Positions 29,487 to 36,932 of a stretch of 64,000 bases of DNA are shown in pieces; position 1 is the stretch's first letter; the number at the start of each line of letters is the position of its first letter. The notes beneath the pieces are model-generated. The model was not told the DNA's origin, ran no database searches, and saw nothing but the letters and a program-made list of their open reading frames with translations. The translations under genes and the position numbers were made by a program. This DNA is from an uncultured Gammaproteobacteria bacterium (GTDB lineage Bacteria; Patescibacteriota; Microgenomatia; Woykebacterales; RBG-16-39-9b), in the NCBI GenBank assembly GCA_965231125.1, contig OZ246414.1, forward strand, positions 576,137-640,136. Direction: 5' to 3'.

Positions 29487-31016
29487 ATGATTAAATATAT
29501 CGCATATTGCAGAAAATCAACAGATGAACCGGACAGACAAATTTTGTCTATTGAGGCACAAGTTGCAGAACTTGAGGAATTCGCCGCAAAGGAGAATTTA
29601 AAAATAGTTTCTTTCATTACTGAGAGTAAAACTGCCAAAGAGCCAGGAAGACAAAAATTTGCGGAGGTTTTGGAAAAGATAGAAAACGGCGTAGCCGCCG
29701 GTATCATCTCATGGCATCCAGACAGACTTGCAAGAAATTCTGTTGATGGCGGAAAGATTATCTACTTATTGGATACCGGAAAATTACTTGATTTAAAATT
29801 TCCCAGTTTCTGGTTTGAGAATACTCCGCAAGGTAAATTTATGCTTAATATTGCTTTTGGTCAAAGCAAATATTATGTGGATAATCTTTCCGAAAATGTA
29901 AAACGAGGCAATCGCCAAAAACTTCGTCGCGGTGAGTGGCCTAACCAAGCGCAATTTGGCTATCTAAACATTAACAAGAAAATAGAGGTTGATAAGAAAC
30001 GAGCCAAGTATGTGCAACAAGCTTTCCAGCTTTTTGCTACCGGCGGCTATGGATTTGCTGACATCCGCAAATTTTTCAACGAAAACAAAATTTTCAATAA
30101 GTCCGGCCACGAACTTCATTTGGATAAAGTCAAAAGAATTCTGACTGATCCGTTTTACTACGGAGTAATGAGATTTTGCGGCGAACTTTACGAAGGAAAA
30201 CAGGAACCGCTAATATCCAAGAAACTTTTTGATAAGTGCCAAGAAGTAGTCAAACGCAAAAGCCGCAAGGTTAAAAATAACAAACACCTTTTTGATTTTC
30301 TAGGTTTGATTAAGTGTGGCGAATGTAGCGGCGCAATTACGGCGGAAAAACACACTAAGTATTACAAGCGAACTAATAGAACCGCTGAATATATTTACTA
30401 TCGTTGTTCCAAGAAAAAAGGTGCTTGCTCGCAAAAATATATTGAAAAGGTAGAAATTGAAAAGCAATTAAGGGAAAATGTTTTGCGAGCATCTTTGCCG
30501 CCGTTCGCCGCCAAAAAGTTTCTTGAGTGGGCCGATAAAGACGCAAACGAGGAAAAACAGAAATCTTCCGGTATTGTTTTGACCTATCAACTTCAACTCA
30601 AAGAAACAGAAGAAAAGACAGACCGTTTGCTTGAGGGATATCTCGATAAGATAATTAGTTCAGAAGATTACCAAAAGAAGAAAAACGAATTAGTAGAATC
30701 AAAGTCGCTTCTTAACTCCAAAATCAAGGATATTTTCCAAAACGGCGCTGAGTGGCTCGAACCTTTCCAAGAATTCGTAAATAGTGCGCTATCAGCGCAC
30801 AAAATCGCGCGCGCAAAAAATAGTTGCCATGATTTATCTATCATGGCAAAAACTGTCGGCTCGAACTTCTTTTTAATGGATCGGCGGCTGTCCGCAAGTT
30901 TCAAAAAAGGCGGATTTGACGCGCTTTCCGCGGAGGCGCCCTACGTTCCTCAGGGTAAAGGCGCGGAAAGCGCTACCTCCCAACCTCTTTCTTCTCTTTA
31001 CTGGCTGCCGGGCTAG
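29487..31016 (+). CDS. Large serine recombinase
   Basis: AYCRKSTDE, WHPDRLARN, CGECS..YYRC; ends YWLPG* inside the tRNA-Gln antisense. Confidence 0.95.
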   Translation: MIKYIAYCRKSTDEPDRQILSIEAQVAELEEFAAKENLKIVSFITESKTAKEPGRQKFAEVLEKIENGVAAGIISWHPDRLARNSVDGGKIIYLLDTGKLLDLKFPSFWFENTPQGKFMLNIAFGQSKYYVDNLSENVKRGNRQKLRRGEWPNQAQFGYLNINKKIEVDKKRAKYVQQAFQLFATGGYGFADIRKFFNENKIFNKSGHELHLDKVKRILTDPFYYGVMRFCGELYEGKQEPLISKKLFDKCQEVVKRKSRKVKNNKHLFDFLGLIKCGECSGAITAEKHTKYYKRTNRTAEYIYYRCSKKKGACSQKYIEKVEIEKQLRENVLRASLPPFAAKKFLEWADKDANEEKQKSSGIVLTYQLQLKETEEKTDRLLEGYLDKIISSEDYQKKKNELVESKSLLNSKIKDIFQNGAEWLEPFQEFVNSALSAHKIARAKNSCHDLSIMAKTVGSNFFLMDRRLSASFKKGGFDALSAEAPYVPQGKGAESATSQPLSSLYWLPG

Positions 31017-31075
31017 GATTCGAACCTAGATAACAGGCTTCAAAGGCCCGTGTCCTACCGTTAGACGACCCGGCA
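31002..31075 (-). tRNA. tRNA-Gln(TTG)
   Basis: CGGGC-CTTTGAA-GCCTG; U1-A72, G73. Confidence 0.97.
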
Positions 31076-31099
31076 ATAAATAACACTGTGTCGAATCCA

Positions 31100-31174
31100 T
31101 GGTGCCGAGGGAGGGAATTGAACCCCCGACGCTGTGCTCTTCAGGCACACGCTCTACCACTGAGCTACCTCGGC
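31100..31174 (-). tRNA. tRNA-Phe(GAA)
   Basis: Cloverleaf; TGTGC-CTGAAGA-GCACA. Confidence 0.97.
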
Positions 31175-31188
31175 ATGTAATTTATTTC

Positions 31189-31473
31189 TGGTGGGTGATT
31201 AGGGACTCGAACCCCAGACCTTCTCGGTATAAGTCGCCTTGCGCCTTGCGAAAAATCCTGGTGGGCACTGAGGGACTCGAACCCCCGGCCTTCTCGGTGT
31301 AAACGAGACGCTCTAAACCAACTGAGCTAAGTGCCCAGGATTTTTCTAAAACGAGACGCTCTTAGTCCACGACCTGCCTTCCAGCAGGCAAGAGTGGTCG
31401 CAGCATTTGAGAGTACCCAAATCACTTGGATTTGGTTACGGAGAATGCTATCCTCCAACTGAGCTAATCACCC
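31189..31473 (-). pseudogene. Interrupted outer tRNA (Val-like body, loop TTTATAC) with insertions in the D-loop (~31363-31454) and anticodon loop (~31233-31350)
   Basis: Removing both inserts gives GGGTGAT TAGCTCAGTTGG..AGAGCG TCTCG TTTATAC CGAGA AGGTC TGGGG TTCGAGT CCCTA ATCACCC ACCA. Confidence 0.85.
31259..31336 (-). tRNA. tRNA-Val(TAC), nested in the outer tRNA
   Basis: Cloverleaf; TCTCG-TTTACAC-CGAGA. Confidence 0.97.
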
Positions 31474-31483
31474 TCGTAATATT

Positions 31484-31569
31484 TGGTGCGGACGAGAGGA
31501 CTTGAACCTCCAACCCTTGCGGGACATGCACCTCAAGCATGCGCGTATACCAAATTCCGCCACGTCCGC
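31484..31569 (-). tRNA. tRNA-Leu(GAG)
   Basis: CATGC-TTGAGGT-GCATG, long variable arm. Confidence 0.97.
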
Positions 31570-31577
31570 ATATAATA

Positions 31578-31662
31578 TGGTGCAGGTGAGAGGACTCGAA
31601 CCTCCAACCCTTGCGGGATACGGCTCTGAACCGTACGCGTATACCAGTTCCGCCACACCTGC
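31578..31662 (-). tRNA. tRNA-Leu(CAG)
   Basis: TACGG-TTCAGAG-CCGTA, long variable arm. Confidence 0.97.
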
Positions 31663-31663
31663 A

Positions 31664-31744
31664 CGCCTACCATAGTCCACAAGCCAAGTCATAATTGGCG
31701 AAGTGGTCGCAGGATGCGTTAGCATCCTCTTCCGCCACCGCGGC
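31664..31744 (-). pseudogene. 5' fragment of a tRNA-Leu with an insertion in the D-loop
   Basis: GCCGCGGTGGCGGAA[insert]TGGTAGGCG; compare GCCGCGGTGGTGAAACTGGTAGAC at 39745. Confidence 0.75.
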
Positions 31745-31852
31745 ATTTTAGCTAAGATATTCTACCAAATCAACGGGTTTAGTTCAATTTGAGTGGATTA
31801 TTTTACCTCATTTTGTTAGAATTTACACGTTTTGCTGGGTTAGAGAAATTAT

Positions 31853-31926
31853 TCGGGGGTCGTCTAATGGTAGGACAACAGACTCTGGATCTGTGAATTG
31901 GGGTTCGAATCCCTGCCCCCGAGCCA
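31853..31926 (+). tRNA. tRNA-Gln(CTG)
   Basis: ACAGA-CTCTGGA-TCTGT. Confidence 0.97.
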
Positions 31927-31991
31927 AAGTGAGAATCCTTAGTCCGAAGGACGCAGGATGCACTGGCATACTGATCCCGCAGCCAACTACC

Positions 31992-33185
31992 ATGAGTAAA
32001 ACAGAAACTGCAAAAATTTTATTAAAAGGTCTTGTCGCACCGGCCGGTTGGACAAATCCCGCACCGGCCGGTGAATTAAAAACCCAGTTAGAAAAATATT
32101 TTCAAACAAGAGTCTTCCCAATTAATTCTGGAAGAGCTGCCATCTACTCAATTTTAAAGTCCACCGGTATTGGTGAGGGAGATGAAGTTATAATCCAAGC
32201 CTACACTTGTAACGCCGTCCCGAACCCGGTTTTGTGGGCCAGTGCTACACCAATTTATTCCGATATAGATGAAGAAACTTTGAATGTTAATCCCGAAAGT
32301 CTCAAGGAAAAAATAACTGCAAAAACAAAAGCAATAATACTGCAGCATACTTTCGGGCGGCCGGGGCCAATTGAAGAAGTGTTGGAAATCGCCAAAAACC
32401 ACAACCTTTTGGTCATCGAAGACTGCGCCCACAGCCTTGGGGCTGAGTATAAAGGTAAAAAGCTCGGAACTTTTGGGGATTTCGCCATCGTATCTTTCGG
32501 AAGAGAAAAAGTTATCAGTTCGCTTTCCGGTGGTGCTATATTAGTAAACAATAAAAGGTTCATTGGAGCAATTGATGAGTTTACCAAAGGCCTTAGCTAC
32601 CCTTCTTTTATAACCTACTTAAAAGAATTTAATAATTTTTTTACTTGGCGGCTCTTAATTAGAAAAGTCTTTTTTAGCGGTTTTGGTGCCGGCTTGTTGA
32701 ATTTTCTCAACAGTCAGGATTTTTTCAACGTGGTTACTTCAAGTAAAGAACTCTCTGGGGAAAAACCGCCTTGGTACCCAGCGGCATTTCCCGGAACTTT
32801 TGCCAAAATTGCTTTGCTAGAATTTCCTAAAATTGATGAAATCAACCAGCGAAGAAACGAGATTGCCCACTTTTACGAAAAAAATATCAAGAACGGCGCT
32901 TTTAGACTGTTACCTCACCACGAAGGAATTTACTTGAGGTTTGTAGTTTTGCACGAAAACCCAACTCCTATCTTTGAGGAGGCTAAAAAACGCCATTTTT
33001 GGTTCGGAAATTGGTACAGCAGCCCAATTTACCCGTCAAGGGCAGATATAGCTAAAATGCACTACGACGAGGGCACCTGCCCAGTAGCGGAAAAAATTGC
33101 TTCGCAAACTATTAACCTGCCAAACTATGTCGGGATGAAAGATGACGAGGTACAGGAAGTGGTTGGTTTTATAAATAACTACTAG
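31992..33185 (+). CDS. DegT/DnrJ/EryC1/StrS PLP-dependent aminotransferase
   Basis: NSGRAA, GDEVI.QAYTC, IEDCAHSLG, SFGREK. Confidence 0.92.
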   Translation: MSKTETAKILLKGLVAPAGWTNPAPAGELKTQLEKYFQTRVFPINSGRAAIYSILKSTGIGEGDEVIIQAYTCNAVPNPVLWASATPIYSDIDEETLNVNPESLKEKITAKTKAIILQHTFGRPGPIEEVLEIAKNHNLLVIEDCAHSLGAEYKGKKLGTFGDFAIVSFGREKVISSLSGGAILVNNKRFIGAIDEFTKGLSYPSFITYLKEFNNFFTWRLLIRKVFFSGFGAGLLNFLNSQDFFNVVTSSKELSGEKPPWYPAAFPGTFAKIALLEFPKIDEINQRRNEIAHFYEKNIKNGAFRLLPHHEGIYLRFVVLHENPTPIFEEAKKRHFWFGNWYSSPIYPSRADIAKMHYDEGTCPVAEKIASQTINLPNYVGMKDDEVQEVVGFINNY

Positions 33186-33207
33186 TTATTGTTCGAAGGG
33201 GAAGTGT

Positions 33208-34248
33208 ATGAAATTCACCATCGACGAAATAAAAGATAGAGACCTTTGGGAAGAGTTTTCCCTTAGTTCTAACCTAAATACCTTTCTTCAAAGCTGGAAT
33301 TGGGTAGTATTCAATGAATCTTTGGGTCGCAAGATATTTCGGCTCGGAGTTTTAGAAGGAAAAAAGTTAGTTGCCATCTGCCTGCTAATTAAACATGAAA
33401 CTCAAGTTGGAAATTATTTATATGCTCCTCGAGGACCGGTTTTTTCTTGGCAGGAATTAAAAATTCTGGATTTAATTATCCGGCGAGCAAAAGAAATCGC
33501 GCTCGGTGAGGGTTGTATTTTCATTAAAATGGACCCACTTCTGGAAGAATCTCCCGAGAATAGAAAAATCTTTAGAGATAGGGGATTTACACCGGCTGTT
33601 ACCTTTGTGCAAGTAGAAGACGCTTGGCTATTAAGGTTAGATAAACCCGAAGAGGAATTACTTGCTGACATGAGAAAAACAACTCGATACTTAGTGAGGC
33701 ATGAAGCCGAAAAAGGAGTCAAGGTGGAAATTAGCGATAAACTATCGGACATAAAATATTTCACGGATCTTCTTTACCAGACCGCCTCCCGGAAAAATTT
33801 TGTCAATCACCCTAAGGAATATTACATAAAACAGTTCGAGATTTTATCTGCCGATAATCAAATGAGAATTTTTAAAGCTGTGAAAGGTAAGAAAATTCTG
33901 GCGATGGCGGTCGTGGCTTTTTACGCAGAAGCAGCCTTTTACCTGCACGGGGCTTCTGCGCCAGAGGCGCAATCGGCCGGTTACCCCTTACAGTGGGAAA
34001 TTATTAAAGAGGCGAAAAGAAGAGGTTTGAAAATCTATAATTTTTGGGGGGTAGTCAAAGATAAAAACTTTCGTCCGGGCCACCCTTGGTACGGATTTTC
34101 GCTTTTCAAACGCGGCTTCGGTGGGTACAAATACTCTTATATTAGAGCTCAAGACTTACCCATCTCTCCGAAATATTGGCTTTACCGATATGCCGAAAAA
34201 GGAAGAAGACTTCTGAACAGAATCCGAAGCGGGTATTGGGAAGACTAA
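33208..34248 (+). CDS. FemABX-family lipid II aminoacyltransferase
   Basis: FLQSWNW, YAPRGP, MRKTTRY, YLHGAS, YNFWG, FKRGFGG. Confidence 0.9.
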   Translation: MKFTIDEIKDRDLWEEFSLSSNLNTFLQSWNWVVFNESLGRKIFRLGVLEGKKLVAICLLIKHETQVGNYLYAPRGPVFSWQELKILDLIIRRAKEIALGEGCIFIKMDPLLEESPENRKIFRDRGFTPAVTFVQVEDAWLLRLDKPEEELLADMRKTTRYLVRHEAEKGVKVEISDKLSDIKYFTDLLYQTASRKNFVNHPKEYYIKQFEILSADNQMRIFKAVKGKKILAMAVVAFYAEAAFYLHGASAPEAQSAGYPLQWEIIKEAKRRGLKIYNFWGVVKDKNFRPGHPWYGFSLFKRGFGGYKYSYIRAQDLPISPKYWLYRYAEKGRRLLNRIRSGYWED

Positions 34249-34326
34249 GATTTAAGTATGAATTACTAAGGATGAAGTAAGAATTTAACATATAACTTAG
34301 TACTTAATACTTGATCCTTAATACTT
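34236..34326 (+). repeat. About 90 bp degenerate direct repeat (copy 1) covering the femX stop
   Basis: Aligns with 38870-38962. Confidence 0.85.
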
Positions 34327-34350
34327 ATTTTGTTATATTCCCATTTACTC

Positions 34351-34426
34351 GCGCGAGTAGATCGCTTCGCGCTCTGCGTCCGGCTAAACACCGGACTAAT
34401 GTTCAGCGGTTAATTTTAGCTCGCGT
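34351..34426 (+). pseudogene. Remnant tRNA-Gly(GCC) with a 41-nt insertion (34361-34401) and central deletion
   Basis: GCGCGAGTAG[insert]TTCAGCGGT is identical to the 5' end of the adjacent intact gene; CTCGCGT acceptor-like end. Confidence 0.8.
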
Positions 34427-34501
34427 GCGCGAGTAGTTCAGCGGTAGAACGCTTCCTTGCCAAGGAAGAGGCCGCCGGTTCAAATCCGGTCTCGCGCTCC
34501 A
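34427..34501 (+). tRNA. tRNA-Gly(GCC)
   Basis: CTTCC-TTGCCAA-GGAAG. Confidence 0.97.
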
Positions 34502-34565
34502 GCAACTTTAGCCTCAATTCAAACGTGGGCAGAACGTAGGCAGAAATGCCTATTTTTTATTCCGC

Positions 34566-35000
34566 TTATCCTAATGCTCGGTGCATATGTCCGTCATAGG
34601 ACTTTACGTGCTCATAAGACTGTTTCACTATTTGTTTAAGGATTGGCAGTTCTATATCGCTGAGCCGCTTGATATATACACAAACCCTGCTCGTAGAGTG
34701 TTTGCCTAAGCGAGCCAGAAGTTCAGAGTAGCGTGCCGTGCCGTCCATAAGGTAAACGGATATCTTACCCTTTCTTGGATAAAAACCAATAGTATGAGAG
34801 TCGCCTTCGTGCCCGCTGTCGTATTTATAGTGGTAAGTATCAAACCCGATAGTGCCTATACCCCACATTTTTGGCTCATGCCCGCTTATTCGCTGCATCA
34901 TTTCAATTAGCACAAGGCTATCTTTTACGGTTTGCTCATCATCAAGTGAAGCAATATAGTCTTTGACTGAACTGTCGTTTTGAGCAGTCATTTTGTCCAT
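34566..35000 (-). CDS. DUF1801 (YdhG-like) protein
   Basis: SVKDYIA, PKMWG..IGFDTYHYKY.SGHEG, LGKH..CVYIKRL. Confidence 0.85.
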   Translation of the reverse strand: MDKMTAQNDSSVKDYIASLDDEQTVKDSLVLIEMMQRISGHEPKMWGIGTIGFDTYHYKYDSGHEGDSHTIGFYPRKGKISVYLMDGTARYSELLARLGKHSTSRVCVYIKRLSDIELPILKQIVKQSYEHVKSYDGHMHRALG

Positions 35001-35200
35001 AAGCCATATTGTACCATCTCAGACAGGGGGGATTACACAGACATTCCACGATGAAATTGCAACTGAGCTAGAAAAGAGACAGCAATGAAATAATGAATAT
35101 ATTGGTTCTATGCGACAGCATTGATAAAATAATAGCACTTCAGGAGTTTAGAAAATAATTGGTTTCTTGAAGCACTAGAGTAGGATAGGGGATTTTCTTC

Positions 35201-35242
35201 ACAGCCTCCAAAAGTTCAATTAACGCCCTGTCTGGAGCTCCA
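35201..35242 (+). repeat. att-like repeat ending GCTCCA (empty copy)
   Basis: Matches 35649-35726 apart from a 36-nt insertion; shares the GCTCCA end of tRNA-Gly. Confidence 0.8.
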
Positions 35243-35352
35243 CGTACTTTAGCCCAGAAGCCCTTGGTTGGTATTAATTTACAAAAAGATAAGTAGAGAC
35301 ACAAAAAAACCTTGCATGAAGCAAGGCTTTTTGTATTGCGTTGTCAACGTAA

Positions 35353-35550
35353 TTAGGCAAGTTTTACATTTTTTGCACTTGGACCTTTTTCACCGTCTAC
35401 AACATCAAATGTAACAGGTGCTCCAACTTCAAGCGCATCAAAAGAAACATCGCTTAAATCATTAGAGTGAAAGAAAAGATCTTTAGTTTCTCCGTCACGA
35501 GAAATAAATCCAAACCCTTTATCCGTTTTTGTTTTAATTGTTCCGTTCAT
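35353..35550 (-). CDS. Cold-shock domain protein
   Basis: KGFGFI, DLFFH, GEKGPSA. Confidence 0.95.
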   Translation of the reverse strand: MNGTIKTKTDKGFGFISRDGETKDLFFHSNDLSDVSFDALEVGAPVTFDVVDGEKGPSAKNVKLA

Positions 35551-35648
35551 AGTATTTTTAGATAGATTTGTTAATTAAACCTACTGTACCTCCTTTCGAT
35601 TTTAATATTATACTATATCAAGAGACATTTACCTAATGTATTTGTTTA

Positions 35649-35726
35649 ACAGCCTCAATAAGTCCAAGTAAACCGCTTCGCGTTTTGCGACCATTTCGTG
35701 GACTAAACGCCCTGTCTGGAGCTCCA
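35649..35726 (+). repeat. att-like repeat (copy filled by a 36-nt element at 35670-35705)
   Basis: Direct alignment with 35201-35242. Confidence 0.8.
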
Positions 35727-35810
35727 ACGATTTTTGCCTCAGTTTAATTATTACGCCATGTATAAAAAATGGGTATTGCTATTTACCAAAACTCGAATTA
35801 ATATTAAAAC

Positions 35811-36059
35811 ATGGCAATTTATGTTGCATCAGAAGCTCATGAAGAATCTGAGCATGACGATAGAGTGAAAGAGGTAGAAAGTTTCAGATCGACGTTAAAA
35901 GACGTTACTTTCTACTCGAGTTGCTTTAAAGGCGGCTCCCACCGCTCTTTTATCATAGTTCACGCCCATTCCCTGGATGAGGCCAAAAGTGGAGTTCCTG
36001 AGGGGTTTAGAGACAGCCTAGTCGAGGTAGAAGAAATGGACTGGGGCCCCGAAGGTTAA
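35811..36059 (+). CDS. Hypothetical protein
   Basis: 82 aa ORF. Confidence 0.55.
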   Translation: MAIYVASEAHEESEHDDRVKEVESFRSTLKDVTFYSSCFKGGSHRSFIIVHAHSLDEAKSGVPEGFRDSLVEVEEMDWGPEG

Positions 36060-36183
36060 CAGACTCAAAAAGCTCTAATAGATCGCATTGCGTTCTGAGA
36101 TCAATTCGTGGGCCAAGTGTCCGTTCCGGTGGTAAACATTATCTTTTTGACAAATTTTTCCATACACGCTAGTATTTAATTAC

Positions 36184-36777
36184 ATGAGAGGACTGCTCTT
36201 TGTATCCTCAATTTTTTTAAGCTGGGCACTAGTTGCTATATTTCTTATATTTGGAGTTGTTTCAATTTTCGGGAAAGTCTCCCAAACAAAAAATTTGGAT
36301 TTAGTGCTGGCCAGCGCCTCAAGGAATATATTTAGTTCTCCAAGTAGAATTATAGCGGCACCTCGCGAAATTCTTTCCGCTGTTAACACTGGGGACGGTA
36401 GGGTGGTTTTGGTGGACAATTTTTTACAGCAAAACGGCTCGCCAATGACTGGGATGGGAAAAGTATTTATTGAAGCGGCCGACAAATACAACCTGGATTG
36501 GAAGCTACTTCCAGCAATAGCATACCAAGAATCCTCCCTTGGGAAGAAAACTCCCTACGGCAGCTACAACGCCTTTGGTTGGGGTGTTGTGGATGGTTCC
36601 CAAGTTGGAGCTAATTTCGCAAACTGGCAAGACGCTATTTTTACTGTTGCTCAGGGTCTCCGGGTAAATTACTTGGACAAAGGCCTTAAAACTCCAGAAA
36701 CAATAAATCCGGTTTACGCTTCGGATAAAAACTGGGGAGGTAAAATTCGGCTCGCCATGGAAGAATTGACGCAGTAA
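36184..36777 (+). CDS. Lysozyme-like/glucosaminidase-type cell-wall hydrolase
   Basis: TM anchor; AADKYNLDWKLLPAIAYQESSLG, YNAFGWG. Confidence 0.75.
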   Translation: MRGLLFVSSIFLSWALVAIFLIFGVVSIFGKVSQTKNLDLVLASASRNIFSSPSRIIAAPREILSAVNTGDGRVVLVDNFLQQNGSPMTGMGKVFIEAADKYNLDWKLLPAIAYQESSLGKKTPYGSYNAFGWGVVDGSQVGANFANWQDAIFTVAQGLRVNYLDKGLKTPETINPVYASDKNWGGKIRLAMEELTQ

Positions 36778-36932
36778 TACACGTAAAACTTGACTTTCGG
36801 TAAATTTTCTGTTATAATGCATGAGCCTTCGCAAGTCGAAGGCTTTTTTAGTTCGATGGGTTGAAAGCTCAGCGAACCAGGACGCCATGAGCTGGCGGTC
36901 TTACTAGATGCCCCGATTCACGTCGGGGCGTT

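Larger units (their letters stand above)
26923..31007. mobile_element. About 4.1 kb serine-recombinase island at the 3' end of tRNA-Gln(TTG)
   Basis: Core CTGGCTG at 26923 and 31001; the rejoined junction is present inverted at 29176-29388. Confidence 0.9.

Noticed and set aside
20083-31007. Prophage
   Set aside because: No capsid, portal, large terminase or tail genes; the islands are only 1.6-4.1 kb
31233-31454. Group I/II intron or archaeal BHB intron explanation for the tRNA inserts
   Set aside because: The inserts are 32-118 nt, lack recognisable catalytic cores and occur in both orientations relative to the tRNA; splicing remains untested rather than supported
31940-31972. Known self-cleaving ribozyme (hammerhead, twister, HDV/theta) at a tRNA 3' end
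   Set aside because: No CUGANGA/GAAA core or nested pseudoknot could be identified by eye
31893-31991. N-terminal extension of the DegT ORF
   Set aside because: It overlaps tRNA-Gln and the remnant; ATG 31992 is the plausible start
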